64,000 bases of DNA from positions 24,320 through 88,319 of the forward strand of contig JAPZRK010000007.1 in NCBI GenBank assembly GCA_027531445.1, written 5' to 3'. Under the pieces are notes generated by a model, which was not told where the DNA came from, ran no database searches, and saw only the letters and a list, made by a program, of their open reading frames with translations. A program made the translations under genes and the position numbers. How positions within the stretch are numbered: position 1 is the first letter of the stretch; every line of letters starts with the position of its first letter. The DNA comes from Leptospira sp. (GTDB taxonomy: Bacteria; Spirochaetota; Leptospiria; Leptospirales; Leptospiraceae). Of the stretch, positions 31,604 to 42,734 are shown piece after piece.

Positions 31604-32362
31604 TCAGTCCTTCTTGGTAATTTTTGATTTTGTGCCACTCTCATAAAAGAGAGTGTGCGTCTTGTCTACTACCCACGACTCCCCTTGTTTCACGTGAAAC
31701 GAAAAACTTTCTAACAATCCGTCCGAACGATACTTCAATTTATGGACTCGTCTTGCTTCACCTTGAAAGAATTCTCTTTCAACTAGATTTCCTTTTGCAT
31801 CAAACTTGAAGTGAATTTCACCGAGTGCTTTCTTTTTATCATCAAGTAATGTTTGGATTTGAACATTCGGCCTTTTTGGATCGATAGAAAATTTGAAAGC
31901 TTCTATGTCATTGGCTTCTGCACTTTTTCCTTCGCCGGAAATGACTGATCCATCTTTGTCCGTCGTGAGGTTGTATTGGATCAGAATGCTTCCATCTCCA
32001 CTCCGAGTTGTAAGCTTTTTCAGATATTGAGTTTTGTAAAAGAATTCTTTCTTCTCGACGAGAACGTCATTGGCACCATAACTTTCTTCCGCGACTAGCA
32101 ATCCATCTCTGTAAACAAACCTAGTTTTGCCATCAGACTTGCCTTCTTTATCTGAATACGTTTCCTGAACCAACCTTCCATCTTCATCGTATTCATATTC
32201 AGCAACGTAAGTTACGATTCCTTCGCCGTTACGAATGATTTCTTTGCTTGGACCTTTCGCTCCTTTATAGAGAGTGAATTGATCTTTGTAAGACCACTTG
32301 CCAGGAGTGTAAGCAAGCAACATAGACGAGAAAGAAAAGATGAAAAGAAAAATGAATTTCAT
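31604..32362 (-). CDS. Exported hypothetical protein with YD/RHS-like repeats
   Basis: Signal peptide MKFIFLFIFSFSSMLLA; repeats YEYDEDGRLVQE, FKFDAKGNLVER, YRSDGLLES. Confidence 0.75.
   Translation of the reverse strand: MKFIFLFIFSFSSMLLAYTPGKWSYKDQFTLYKGAKGPSKEIIRNGEGIVTYVAEYEYDEDGRLVQETYSDKEGKSDGKTRFVYRDGLLVAEESYGANDVLVEKKEFFYKTQYLKKLTTRSGDGSILIQYNLTTDKDGSVISGEGKSAEANDIEAFKFSIDPKRPNVQIQTLLDDKKKALGEIHFKFDAKGNLVEREFFQGEARRVHKLKYRSDGLLESFSFHVKQGESWVVDKTHTLFYESGTKSKITKKD
31686..31701. promoter_or_regulatory. parS site
   Basis: TGTTTCACGTGAAACG, 15/16 to TGTTTCACGTGAAACA; 1.5 kb from parA. Confidence 0.88.
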
Positions 32363-32419
32363 AGAAAAGGATTCTCCTAGATGATCATCGACTGATTTTG
32401 GAAAATAAGTAATCGAATT

Positions 32420-33163
32420 ATGTCATCCACTGAAATAGAAGAACAAGCTAAGATATTTTTACCAACAATGTTTGAGAGAATCCAAAACGATTTCAACTGG
32501 AATCGAATTGAACAGTACCAGGAATTTTTAATTCGCCAAAATGAAAGAGGAGGATTCTTTTCTAAGAACGATGCCGCCGTTATTTTTGAGCGTCACATTC
32601 TAGACTGTCTTCTCTTTGTCTGGAAGTTGAAGGAGGAAGGTTTAGTTTCACGTGAAACAAAAGTGGCGGATGTTGGAACAGGACCGGGACTTCCTGGTTT
32701 TATATTCCTGTGTTTGAAGCAATTGCCTTCTGTCATCTTGATTGATTCCCAAAGACGTAAACTATTTCTCTTAGAGGAGGAAGTGATGCATGGCAATTTG
32801 TCGGAGGTCAAAGATAGAATTACATTTAGTTATGAACGAGCAGAAGATATGAAAGCAAAGTTTGATGTAGTGACATCACGCGCTGTTGTTCCCTATCCGT
32901 TTATGATTGAAGTTGCATCCAACTTGGTAAAGCGAGGAGGAGTATTATGTCCCTATCTCGGACAACTGCGCTTTGATGAAAGTGTAGAAAAGAGAGTCCT
33001 TCAGTATTCTGGATTTCATATCAAAAAAGAAATCGAACTTTCGGAATTAGACTTTTTAGGAAAGAGACATATCAAGATACTGCAAAAGGATTCAGATACG
33101 AAACCAGGTTATCCAAGACTTTGGAAAGATATCGTGAAGGAGACAAAGCAAGCGAATGGGTAA
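32420..33163 (+). CDS. rsmG: 16S rRNA m7G methyltransferase RsmG (GidB)
   Basis: [27 protein letters not shown]; between mnmG and parA. Confidence 0.93.
   Translation: MSSTEIEEQAKIFLPTMFERIQNDFNWNRIEQYQEFLIRQNERGGFFSKNDAAVIFERHILDCLLFVWKLKEEGLVSRETKVADVGTGPGLPGFIFLCLKQLPSVILIDSQRRKLFLLEEEVMHGNLSEVKDRITFSYERAEDMKAKFDVVTSRAVVPYPFMIEVASNLVKRGGVLCPYLGQLRFDESVEKRVLQYSGFHIKKEIELSELDFLGKRHIKILQKDSDTKPGYPRLWKDIVKETKQANG
32644..32659. promoter_or_regulatory. parS site inside rsmG
   Basis: AGTTTCACGTGAAACA, 15/16 to consensus; reads VSRET in the rsmG frame. Confidence 0.88.
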
Positions 33164-33920
33164 AATCGTTTCAATCAGCAACCAGAAAGGTGGAGTCGGA
33201 AAGACGACCACCGCGATCAACTTAGCATCGAACTTAGTTGAACTTGGTAAAAAAATCTTACTCGTAGACATTGATCCCCAAGGCAACTCAGGATCAGGAT
33301 TAGGTATTGAAGTTCAAACACTTCACAAGACCACGTATGAACTCATCATCGGAGAATTTTCCGCACGTGAAGTGATTCAAAAAACTTTTGTAGAAGGTTT
33401 AGATATCATTCCTTCCAATATCAATCTCTCTGGATTGGAAGTCGACTTTCTAGGAATCGATAAAAAAGAATTCAAACTCAAAGACGCGCTAGCTAGTGTG
33501 AAAGAAGATTATGATTATATATTAATCGATTGTCCTCCTTCTCTCGGAGTTCTCACGATCAATGCACTCTGTGCATCTCAATCAGTTATGATCACATTAC
33601 AGACAGAGTACTTTGCGTTAGAAGGTTTGTCTCAACTCATGAGAATCATCTCGCTTGTCCAACAACAATGGAATCCTGGTTTGGAACTAGAAGGAGTCTT
33701 ACTCACCATGTATGACAAGAGAACCAACCTTGCGAATCAAGTTGCCGAAGACGTGCGAAACTTCTTTAAAGAAAAAGTTTATCAGACCATCATTCCTAGA
33801 AATGTAAAATTGTCTGAAGCACCATCCTTTGGTAAACCGATCAATCATTACGATCCTGATGGTGTGGGTGCAAAGAGTTATAAAAATTTAGCTAAGGAAT
33901 TGATTGGAGCGAGCAAGTAG
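33156..33920 (+). CDS. parA: Chromosome partitioning ATPase ParA/Soj
   Basis: [39 protein letters not shown]. Confidence 0.97.
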   Translation: MGKIVSISNQKGGVGKTTTAINLASNLVELGKKILLVDIDPQGNSGSGLGIEVQTLHKTTYELIIGEFSAREVIQKTFVEGLDIIPSNINLSGLEVDFLGIDKKEFKLKDALASVKEDYDYILIDCPPSLGVLTINALCASQSVMITLQTEYFALEGLSQLMRIISLVQQQWNPGLELEGVLLTMYDKRTNLANQVAEDVRNFFKEKVYQTIIPRNVKLSEAPSFGKPINHYDPDGVGAKSYKNLAKELIGASK

Positions 33921-34817
33921 ATGGCATTAGGTAAAGGAAAAGTATTAGGTCGAGGCTTAAGCAATCTAATTCCCGTTAACGAAAAGAATGAAGAGATCGC
34001 TAAAGATGAATTGAGTGGTTTGCGTGAGATCAAAGTTTCGGAGATTCAGCCCAATCCTCACCAACCTAGAAAGCACTTTTCAGGAGAAGCAATTCAAGAA
34101 CTTTCAATCACCATCCAACAACACGGAGTGATCCAACCCATCGTTGTTCAAAAGAATAGTGCGGGTCCTGGATTTATTTTGATCTCTGGAGAACGCAGAC
34201 TTCGAGCATGCAAGCTAGCGGGTTTCATGAAAATCCCAGCAATCGTGAAGGAAGTATCCGATGCGGATATGATGGAGCTTGCACTCATTGAGAATCTTCA
34301 ACGTGAAGATTTGAATGCTTTAGAAGAAGCACAAGCATATCAAAATTTGATCGATAAACGCGGTTTAAAAATTACTGATCTAGCTACCCGAGTTGGAAAG
34401 AATCGGTCCACCGTTGCTAATTTGATTCGTCTACTTGGTTTGCCTAAACAAGTTCAAGACTGGATTAAAGAAGGAAAAATTTCTGAAGGACAGTCTAGAC
34501 CTCTTCTCTCGCTTCCCGATCCAAAAAAACAAGTAGATGTTGCTAACAAAGTTATAACAGAAAATTGGACTGCACGTGAAGTTGAAAACTACGTTTCCAA
34601 CTTATTAAACCCAGACAAAAATAACAGAAATGATTCGACTGGAGATAAGAACAAAGACGCTTCCATTGTGAAACTGGAAGGTAAGCTTAGAAACAAGTAT
34701 AGTTCAAAAGTGGAAATAACCCATAATGAAGCAAATGGAAAAGGAAAGATTGTTTTTTCTTATGCCAATCTTTCCGACATGGAACGTCTACTAGAGCTCC
34801 TCGGTTTGAAATTGTAA
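33921..34817 (+). CDS. parB: Chromosome partitioning protein ParB/Spo0J
   Basis: [43 protein letters not shown]. Confidence 0.97.
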   Translation: MALGKGKVLGRGLSNLIPVNEKNEEIAKDELSGLREIKVSEIQPNPHQPRKHFSGEAIQELSITIQQHGVIQPIVVQKNSAGPGFILISGERRLRACKLAGFMKIPAIVKEVSDADMMELALIENLQREDLNALEEAQAYQNLIDKRGLKITDLATRVGKNRSTVANLIRLLGLPKQVQDWIKEGKISEGQSRPLLSLPDPKKQVDVANKVITENWTAREVENYVSNLLNPDKNNRNDSTGDKNKDASIVKLEGKLRNKYSSKVEITHNEANGKGKIVFSYANLSDMERLLELLGLKL

Positions 34818-36563
34818 ATTCGCAAGCCGTTTATACAGATTACTTTTTAGTAGTAGCTCCTCATGAGTACCCATTGAATCTACTTTCCCATGATTCACGA
34901 CGATGATTTGGTCACTTCGAATAATTGTTGCAAGGCGGTGGGCAATGATAAGAGTCGTTCGATCTTTCATCAACACATCTAATGCTTTTTGAACCATTCT
35001 TTCCGACTCCGAATCTAGCGCAGAAGTTGCTTCATCTAGAAGTAAGATTTTTGGATTTCGGAGTACAGCACGAGCTATAGCAATTCGTTGTTTTTGTCCG
35101 CCTGACAGTCTCGTACCCATATGTCCCAAATCAGTATCCCATCCGTTACTCATTTGAGCTAAAAATTCAGTAACATATGCTTGCTCAGCGGCAACTTTGA
35201 TATCCTCGAATGAGGCAGAAGGATTACCGTAGGCAATATTCTCTCGAAGTGTACCGGAAAAGAGAACTGGCTGTTGTGGAACAAATCCAATCAATCCTCG
35301 CAATTCTTTTAAAGAAAGGTTTCTAATGTCTAGTCCATCAATTTGTATCGAACCTTTTGTCGGATCATAGAAACGAAGAATCAATTCAAACAAAGTTGAT
35401 TTCCCTCCTCCAGAAGGTCCGACGAGTGCAGTTGTTTGATTCGCTTTTATGCTAAGATGAAAATCTGAAATCGCAAATTGCTCTGGCCTAGATGGATATG
35501 AAAAAGACAGATTTTCAAATTGGATACTTCCAGTCACATTACTTCCAAGTGAAATTGGAGATACAGGATCTTCAATATTTGATTTTGAAGAAAGTAATTC
35601 CATTAATCTTTCAGTGGCACCTGCGGCTCTTTGAAGATCCCCTAAGACTTCAGAAATCGCACCAATTGAACTTGCAACCATGATTGCATAAAAAGCGAAA
35701 GCGATTAATTCTCCCCCTGTAATTCTTCCTTCAAGAACATCCATTCCGCCTACCCAAAGCATAAAGCTAATACCGACAAGAATCAAAAGTATCACAGTCG
35801 CTATAAGTAAAGATCGTTGTTTGATTCGCGCGACCGACACACGGAATGAATCCTCTACCGTTTGACTGAATTTGGTTTTGTCTATCTCTTGATGATAGAA
35901 ACTTTGAACAATCTTAATGTTGAATAATGATTCACTTACATAAGCACCGACGTTTGCAATTTTATCTTGAGTATCGCGAGATAGATTTCTAACTTTACGT
36001 CCATAAAAAAGTATAGGAAAAACAATAAAAGGAACAGATATAAGGACGATTGCCGTTAGCTTTACATTCGTAATAAAAAGGAAGATAATTCCTCCTACAA
36101 ACATCAACAGATTTCTCAGAGCAATAGAAGCTGAAGAACCAATGACAGATTGGAGCAATGTTGTATCGGTAACGATTCGAGATTGAATTTCTCCTGGTGA
36201 GTTTATTTCAAAAAAACTTGGATGCATTTCTATGATATGGGCAAAAACATCAAAACGCAAATCGGATGACACTCGTTCACCGATCCAGGAAACTAAATAA
36301 TGTCGTAGGTAAGTACCTCCCGCGAGCAAAATTCCTATGATTATAATTCCGATTAAAGAATAGCCCAGTTCCTGTGAAGAGCGTGCTGAAAAACCAGCGT
36401 CGACTAGATGTTTGAGACCCTGACCCAAAGAAAGGGTTACGCCGGCGGTAAACAAAAGTGCTATTGCTGATAAAACTATTTGAAATTTGTAAGGCTTTAG
36501 ATAACGAAACGTCTGATTGAGGGAATTTAAATTTTTGCTTTTCGGTCGATTAGTATTTTGCAA
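34791..36563 (-). CDS. ABC exporter, fused permease/ATPase (MsbA-like)
   Basis: N-terminal TM helices; [28 protein letters not shown]. Confidence 0.93.
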   Translation of the reverse strand: MQNTNRPKSKNLNSLNQTFRYLKPYKFQIVLSAIALLFTAGVTLSLGQGLKHLVDAGFSARSSQELGYSLIGIIIIGILLAGGTYLRHYLVSWIGERVSSDLRFDVFAHIIEMHPSFFEINSPGEIQSRIVTDTTLLQSVIGSSASIALRNLLMFVGGIIFLFITNVKLTAIVLISVPFIVFPILFYGRKVRNLSRDTQDKIANVGAYVSESLFNIKIVQSFYHQEIDKTKFSQTVEDSFRVSVARIKQRSLLIATVILLILVGISFMLWVGGMDVLEGRITGGELIAFAFYAIMVASSIGAISEVLGDLQRAAGATERLMELLSSKSNIEDPVSPISLGSNVTGSIQFENLSFSYPSRPEQFAISDFHLSIKANQTTALVGPSGGGKSTLFELILRFYDPTKGSIQIDGLDIRNLSLKELRGLIGFVPQQPVLFSGTLRENIAYGNPSASFEDIKVAAEQAYVTEFLAQMSNGWDTDLGHMGTRLSGGQKQRIAIARAVLRNPKILLLDEATSALDSESERMVQKALDVLMKDRTTLIIAHRLATIIRSDQIIVVNHGKVDSMGTHEELLLKSNLYKRLANLQFQTEEL

Positions 36564-36570
36564 TGGAGAT

Positions 36571-37035
36571 CTATCCTTTTATATCTATAAGTAGACCCCT
36601 TATTTCATCTAATTGTTTTAAAATAGCAAATGCAGAGTTTGTAGGTGAAAACATAGTATTCGCGAGTATGTCTAGTTTATCGTCCAAAATTTTTACATAG
36701 CGAATGTCTTTCGTATCATTTCTTCCCCGAGCTGGAGCTTGGATTACCTTGTGATTTTTTTTTAATATCAGTTGAGCAATTTGTTTTATATGATTTTTAT
36801 ATTCACTTAAATTCTTATGATTTGGGTTGGCGATAAGTGCTTTTTCTAAATCAGGTAGGTCTTTCCAAAGTTCATTTAGCTCTCTTGTTCCTTCTTCATT
36901 CGAGGGAACGATTGATTCTAGAATATCTAAGAATGTTTGATTAGATTGAATCCCATCTTTCTCTTTTAATCTGTCGCTTGAATGTTTACGCGAAGAAGTA
37001 GATGAAGGTTTCGGTTGAGCTGATTGAACAAACAT
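36571..37035 (-). CDS. YaaR/DUF327 family protein
   Basis: LSEYKNHIK, ILDDKLD, QLDEIRGLLIDI pattern of YaaR. Confidence 0.75.
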   Translation of the reverse strand: MFVQSAQPKPSSTSSRKHSSDRLKEKDGIQSNQTFLDILESIVPSNEEGTRELNELWKDLPDLEKALIANPNHKNLSEYKNHIKQIAQLILKKNHKVIQAPARGRNDTKDIRYVKILDDKLDILANTMFSPTNSAFAILKQLDEIRGLLIDIKG

Positions 37036-37044
37036 AGATCCATC

Positions 37045-37398
37045 CTAATGGCGAGTAGGATTGATCGTACACTTTCCATGAAAAATGACACCTTCCTCAA
37101 CGATGAGTCTTGGTGTGACGATATCCCCGTAGAGACGGCAGCTAGAAAGTAGAGTTACTCTTTCGGTAGCATAAATGTTACCTCGGACTTCCCCACCAGC
37201 TACAACGACCCTTGCCTTGATATCTGTATCGACGATTCCCGTCTTTCCAATAAGTACCTTTCCTTCCGTTTCCAGTACTCCACGAAATTTTCCATCAATG
37301 CGTATAAAGCCAGGAAACTTGAATTCACCTGTAAATTCAGCTCCTTCTCCGATTACGCTATTAACTAAAAATTCTTCTTCGATTGGTTCTTTGGACAT
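37045..37398 (-). CDS. Bactofilin (polymer-forming cytoskeletal protein)
   Basis: SVIGEG, IRIDG, VVVAGGEVRGNI, GDIVTPRLIVEEG beta-helix repeats. Confidence 0.92.
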   Translation of the reverse strand: MSKEPIEEEFLVNSVIGEGAEFTGEFKFPGFIRIDGKFRGVLETEGKVLIGKTGIVDTDIKARVVVAGGEVRGNIYATERVTLLSSCRLYGDIVTPRLIVEEGVIFHGKCTINPTRH

Positions 37399-38384
37399 TA
37401 TTCTTGGATTTGATTGAGAAATGAGAATGGATTGAGAGCTTGAGTGCCAACATGAACTTCATAGTGAAGATGATAGATTGGATTTTCTGGAGTTTTTCCA
37501 ACATAACCTATCACATCACCTTTTGAAATCTTTTCGTTCTTTTTCACCTTGATACGATCGAGATTAGAATAAATCGTTTTCCAACCGAATCTGTGAGCAA
37601 GTTTGATGTAGTAACCGGTGGCAGGTGAGAAGCCAGAGTCGAAGACGATACCTGGAGCTGTGGCTAGTACTTCCGCACCAGGAAACGAACCTATATCCAA
37701 TCCTTTGTTTGATTCTTCTTTTCCTGTAATCGGAGAAAGATACTTTCCGTATGGGAAGAGGACATATCCTTTCGTCGGCCAAATCGAAGGTGTATTTCGA
37801 ATGATGCTTTTTCTCTTTTTGATGAGTTTGATGATTTCGTCTGATAGTTCGGATGAAAGTTTTAAGTTGTGTATGTCTTCTTTGATTCGAAAAGACTCGT
37901 CTGTAATATCAGTCTGCGGTGTACCTTGCATCGCAAGAAATTGATTGGATCCGCCCATTCCCTTAGAAACTCGTGAAGGATCACCACCTAGTTTGATGTA
38001 GAGACTAGAAATTTTTTCGTAGTAATATTGGATCGTGTCATGTAACGAACTAACCTCATCCTTCATTTTTTGAGACTGTCTAATGAAGTCTTTGTTTGTG
38101 AGATTAAGTTCCGTAAGTTGATGAACAGAGCCACTATGTGAAAGCACGTTTACCGCACTGACAACAAGGAGTATCACCAATACTCCGATAAAGATTGAAA
38201 TCGTTTTGTAGGAGATAACAAAATTGAGAGATTTTCTATCTGTATGGGGAATCACCATAATCGTCAGACGTTCCCGACCTTTTTTGTCCAAATCTTCGTA
38301 ACGACGTGCGAGTTTGAGCTTCCATTCTTGGAATTTGTATCGCAATCGGTAGAATAAAAGGTGTAGGTGCTGTTTGAAATTCAC
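37398..38384 (-). CDS. M23/LytM family protein with TM and coiled coil, probably catalytically degenerate
   Basis: [13 protein letters not shown] in place of HxxxD, HLHYEV; coupled to the bactofilin gene. Confidence 0.88.
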   Translation of the reverse strand: MNFKQHLHLLFYRLRYKFQEWKLKLARRYEDLDKKGRERLTIMVIPHTDRKSLNFVISYKTISIFIGVLVILLVVSAVNVLSHSGSVHQLTELNLTNKDFIRQSQKMKDEVSSLHDTIQYYYEKISSLYIKLGGDPSRVSKGMGGSNQFLAMQGTPQTDITDESFRIKEDIHNLKLSSELSDEIIKLIKKRKSIIRNTPSIWPTKGYVLFPYGKYLSPITGKEESNKGLDIGSFPGAEVLATAPGIVFDSGFSPATGYYIKLAHRFGWKTIYSNLDRIKVKKNEKISKGDVIGYVGKTPENPIYHLHYEVHVGTQALNPFSFLNQIQE

Positions 38385-38489
38385 TGGCTTATCTAAAAAT
38401 TCTCGGATTAGACAAAACTTCTTACTTACCCTTTATCTTTCGATTGAATTTTCATTTTCAATGAATGATATTTGCAAAACCTGATCCTT

Positions 38490-39296
38490 ATGGCCTATTC
38501 CATCATCGATACACATTGCCATTTGGACATAATTAGGGATCAGGGTAAGGAAATTTCGGATTCTCTGGATGATGCAAAGGCCTCAGGTGTCAAAAAAATC
38601 GTTCAAATTGGCATCGATTTACCTAGCTCTCTGCAAGCTAAAGAAATCGCCAATATTCATTCCAATTTTGAACTATCGATTCAATATACGATTGGGTGCC
38701 ATCCAACGGAAACCCACGAATTTCCAAATGCCGATGAAATTCTTAAATTAGCCACAGAAAGTCTTTCCGATTCTAGATTCACAGGTATTGGTGAAATTGG
38801 AATGGATTTGTATCACAATGCGGAAAAAAGAAGTGAACAACGTGAGATCCTATCCAAATTTTTGGACTTTTCTGCAACACATAGTTTGCCCGTTGTGATT
38901 CACTCGCGCGATGCATTCCAAGATACGTTTGAGGCTCTCAGTGAATTTAAGGGAAAAGCATTTGGCGTGATTCACTGCTTTACTTACGATTATGAGATGG
39001 GTAAGAAGTTTGTGGATCTGGGTTATTATATTTCATTTTCAGGAATTCTTGCGTTTAAGAATGCTACTGACATTCATAACGCGGCAAAAAATTTACCACT
39101 TGAAACGTTATTGATTGAAACCGATGCTCCCTTTCTTGCTCCTCCACCCCATCGAGGTAAAAGAAATGAACCAGCAAATATGAAATATATTTTAGAAAGA
39201 ATGTTTTCTCTCCGTGCCGAATCGAATTTAAAAGTAGAAGAAACTCTCTACCAAAACTCCGAAAAATTTATTAACAGAAAGGCTTACCATGCTTGA
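38490..39296 (+). CDS. tatD: TatD family nuclease
   Basis: IDTHCHL, GEIGMD, IHSRDA, IHCF, ETDAPFL. Start moved to ATG 38490. Confidence 0.93.
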   Translation: MAYSIIDTHCHLDIIRDQGKEISDSLDDAKASGVKKIVQIGIDLPSSLQAKEIANIHSNFELSIQYTIGCHPTETHEFPNADEILKLATESLSDSRFTGIGEIGMDLYHNAEKRSEQREILSKFLDFSATHSLPVVIHSRDAFQDTFEALSEFKGKAFGVIHCFTYDYEMGKKFVDLGYYISFSGILAFKNATDIHNAAKNLPLETLLIETDAPFLAPPPHRGKRNEPANMKYILERMFSLRAESNLKVEETLYQNSEKFINRKAYHA

Positions 39297-40545
39297 TATC
39301 AATCGTATATTACAGAATCCTGATGAACTATTAAATTCACTTAAAAAACGTGGAGTGAATGCCGCTGATATTGAAGCTAAAATCAAAGAAGTATCATCAA
39401 AGCAAAAACTATTAAAACACGAGGCCGAAGAGTTAAGGGCGGAAAGAAATCGAGTATCAAAAGAGATCGGAATATTAAAATCTCAAGGTAAAGATATCAC
39501 CGAAATTTCTGCTTCTGTAAAGGGAGTTGGAGAACGAATCAAGTCTATTGAGGATGAGCTCACCTTACAAGAAGAGTCGCTTTTAGATTTAAATATTGGT
39601 TTACCCAACATTCTGGATGATAGTGTTCCGGAAGGTAAAAATGAAGAGGACAACGTTGAAGTCAAACGGTGGGGTGATATTCCTTCCTTTCAATTTTCAC
39701 CTAAGGCCCATTATGAAATTGGAGAAGCGATGGGCATCTTCGATTTTGAACGAGGAGTAAAATTGGCGGGAGCCAGATTTTATACCTACATTGGCCTTGC
39801 AGCAAAGCTAGAAAGGGCTCTTATGAATTTAATGCTCGATACTCATACTACAGAAAATGGTTACACAGAAATGTGGGTTCCTGTGTTAGTAAATGATGAT
39901 TCGATGATTGCGACAGGACAATTACCAAAGTTTGCAGAAGATTTCTATCGGTTGGAAAAGGATGGGCTCAATCTGATTCCTACTGCTGAAGTACCGCTAA
40001 CGAATTTTTATCGGGATGAAATCATTCAAGAGAAAGATCTTCCTATTTCTGTTTGTGCACATACCTCTTGCTTCCGGCGTGAAGCAGGTTCTTATGGCCG
40101 TGACACAAGAGGACTCGTTCGAGTACATCAGTTCCAAAAGGTAGAACTTGTAAAATTTGTTACACCGGAATCCTCGCAACAAGAACACGAAAAAATGCTA
40201 ACCAGTGCGGAATCCATCTTACAAAAATTAAATCTTCCTTACCGAATCATGCTTTTGTGTAGCCGGGATATATCGAGTCAATCTTCAAAAACCTATGATA
40301 TTGAAGTATGGATGCCTGGATTAAACCGATTTATGGAAATTTCCTCTGTTTCTAACTTCAAGGACTATCAAGCAAGACGCGGAAAAATTCGATACAAGAG
40401 CAAGGAAGGAAAAAACCTGCTCGTTCACACCTTGAATGGTTCTGGTCTAGCAATTGGTCGTACTCTTGCGGCAGTGATAGAAAATTACCAAACTGAGGAT
40501 GGAACCTTCCATATCCCAGATGCACTCAAAACGTATTTGAGGTAG
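39289..40545 (+). CDS. serS: Seryl-tRNA synthetase
   Basis: [47 protein letters not shown]. Confidence 0.98.
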   Translation: MLDINRILQNPDELLNSLKKRGVNAADIEAKIKEVSSKQKLLKHEAEELRAERNRVSKEIGILKSQGKDITEISASVKGVGERIKSIEDELTLQEESLLDLNIGLPNILDDSVPEGKNEEDNVEVKRWGDIPSFQFSPKAHYEIGEAMGIFDFERGVKLAGARFYTYIGLAAKLERALMNLMLDTHTTENGYTEMWVPVLVNDDSMIATGQLPKFAEDFYRLEKDGLNLIPTAEVPLTNFYRDEIIQEKDLPISVCAHTSCFRREAGSYGRDTRGLVRVHQFQKVELVKFVTPESSQQEHEKMLTSAESILQKLNLPYRIMLLCSRDISSQSSKTYDIEVWMPGLNRFMEISSVSNFKDYQARRGKIRYKSKEGKNLLVHTLNGSGLAIGRTLAAVIENYQTEDGTFHIPDALKTYLR

Positions 40546-40574
40546 ATTGAATTTGAGCAGTAGGCAAGGATTCT

Positions 40575-41819
40575 ATGCTCAAATGTACATTTATCTTCAT
40601 CTTAACACCTATATTCTTGCATGCGCAAAATCAGGAGACTATCGTTGTTGAGCCGATCCGCGGAAATGTAAATACCGCCTTTCAAGAGTTTGGTCCAAGT
40701 TTATCGCCAGATGCCAAAACGTTATATTTCTATTCAAAAAGAACCAATAAGGGTTATACAGAAATTTTTAAAAGTTCCTTAGATTCTAAAAATGAATGGT
40801 CGTTTCCTGAGGAGGTAGTGGAGTTAAATTCAGAATTTGATGATCAAAGTCCTTTTGTTACAAGAGATGGAAAATCGATATTATTGTCATCAAATCGAGA
40901 TGGGTCAGTAGAGGTTGAATTAGAAAACGGAAAGGTTGGAATTTCTCGCGATTTGTATATTTCCAATTGGAATGGAAAATCTTGGAGCACACCGGTTGCA
41001 CTTCCAAAAAATATTAATACAGAGGAAATTGAAGAAAATCCTCACTTAATGGGAGATAAACTATTATTCACACGTTATCCGTTTGGAAAACCGGATAAGG
41101 CGAAAATTTTTATTTCTACTAAAAAAGGAAATATATATTCAGATCCAAAACCGCTTCCGTCGCCTATCAATGACCAGTATGCTACAATCGCCGCCGCGTT
41201 TAATGATGAGGGAAATATATTATTTTTTGCATCAAATCGTCCAGGGGGATACGGCGGTTTTGACATTTATATGATCAAAGTGCAGAATGACAAATTTATA
41301 GAATTGGAAAATCTTGGTAACGACATTAATAGTGAAATGGATGAAGGTTATATTATCTATCAACAGGTGAAAAAAACATTTCTGTTTTGTAGGCGAGTTG
41401 AAAATAGATCTTTTGATATCTTCTCAGCATCAATTCCTAGGAAACCAAGTATAGTTGAAGAGAAATTAACGGAAGAAAAGAAAATTTCATTGGATACAAT
41501 ATATTTTGAGAGGGCATCTTCACAATTGCGGAATGAATCTACGGCATCTTTAGATTTGATCGTCGATTATTTGCATGAGAATCCAAAGGTGCGGATGAAG
41601 GTTATAGGACATACCGACCTAATTGGAAACTTGGAAGATAACCTTATTCTTTCAAAGGAACGGGCGCTATCCGTGAAGGAATACTTAACGAGAAAAGGGG
41701 TTGATAGAAGCAGACTTGACACTGAGGGAAAAGGGCCAACGGAACCACTTATCTCAAAAACTGATGAAGAATCCTCTAAGAAAAATAGAAGAACAGAATT
41801 TGTGATTATTGAAAAGTAA
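40575..41819 (+). CDS. PD40-repeat protein with C-terminal OmpA-like domain
   Basis: Repeats PSLSPDAKTLYFYS and LFFASNRPGGYGGFDIY; GHTD, NLILSKERA, NRRTEF. Confidence 0.9.
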   Translation: MLKCTFIFILTPIFLHAQNQETIVVEPIRGNVNTAFQEFGPSLSPDAKTLYFYSKRTNKGYTEIFKSSLDSKNEWSFPEEVVELNSEFDDQSPFVTRDGKSILLSSNRDGSVEVELENGKVGISRDLYISNWNGKSWSTPVALPKNINTEEIEENPHLMGDKLLFTRYPFGKPDKAKIFISTKKGNIYSDPKPLPSPINDQYATIAAAFNDEGNILFFASNRPGGYGGFDIYMIKVQNDKFIELENLGNDINSEMDEGYIIYQQVKKTFLFCRRVENRSFDIFSASIPRKPSIVEEKLTEEKKISLDTIYFERASSQLRNESTASLDLIVDYLHENPKVRMKVIGHTDLIGNLEDNLILSKERALSVKEYLTRKGVDRSRLDTEGKGPTEPLISKTDEESSKKNRRTEFVIIEK

Positions 41820-41864
41820 TTTTACTTGATTCCTCGATTCTAGAAGACGGAATCAAAAATTGAT

Positions 41865-42734
41865 ATGTATTTAAATCCCCGAATTATTTCCCAAAGTTTG
41901 GGTGCAGTTTTTTTGCTCATTTGTTCAATTCTACCACTTCGATCTCAAACCAGCCCTACGATCGATAAAATACGCAAAACAAAAACGTTAGTTGTCTCCG
42001 TAAATGAATTCTACGATCCATTTTATATCGAAAATCCTTTACCTGATTATCCAGGTTTGGATGTTGAAGTAGCACAAGAATATGCAGATTTTTTAGGCGT
42101 AGAGTTAAAGGTAATTCCTCTACGAACATTTGATCAACATGCCCGTATGCTTGAGAAGGGTGATACTCAAATAGTTCTTGCTGGTCTATCTAGTACGTTA
42201 ACTCGTTTTCGTGACGCATACTTTACGGATCCTTATTTAACTTCGACACCATCAGCTCTCGTTAGACGCTCCTCATTGCCTCCAGAACCAGAAGGACAGA
42301 TTGTCGCAGTACAATTATTTCGTACCATCATGGACTTACAAAGTATTTCTGGAATCTCATATTCCGTTCTTTCCAATAGCTCCAACCATAATTTTCTAAA
42401 AGAAACATTCCCGAAAGCTCAGATATTTTCATATTACACAAGTGAAGCCGCGTTTAATGAACTAAAAAAGAACAATGTGAATTGTTTTGTGGCAGATTCT
42501 TATTACATTTTAGCTCTGCTTCAAAAAACACCTTCCTTAAACGCGACGTATCTTGCAATTACGGGAAGTGTGCAAGAAGATCACATTAGCATGGCAGTTG
42601 CCAAAAAAGACATAGAGTTTATCTACCATTTGAATTTCTTCATTAAGGAAATGAAAAGAACGGGGAAAATTCAAAAGCTAGTAAATAAATATTTCAAATC
42701 AAATAAATGGGTTAAAAATACCAACGAACCATGA
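41865..42734 (+). CDS. Family 3 periplasmic solute-binding protein
   Basis: GLDVEVA, polar amino acid SBP architecture, G...KLVNKYF ending. Confidence 0.85.
   Translation: MYLNPRIISQSLGAVFLLICSILPLRSQTSPTIDKIRKTKTLVVSVNEFYDPFYIENPLPDYPGLDVEVAQEYADFLGVELKVIPLRTFDQHARMLEKGDTQIVLAGLSSTLTRFRDAYFTDPYLTSTPSALVRRSSLPPEPEGQIVAVQLFRTIMDLQSISGISYSVLSNSSNHNFLKETFPKAQIFSYYTSEAAFNELKKNNVNCFVADSYYILALLQKTPSLNATYLAITGSVQEDHISMAVAKKDIEFIYHLNFFIKEMKRTGKIQKLVNKYFKSNKWVKNTNEP

Noticed and set aside
33359-34583. CACGTGAA cores in parA (33359-33374) and parB (34568-34583) as extra parS sites
   Set aside because: Only 9/16 matches each, with no palindromic flanks.
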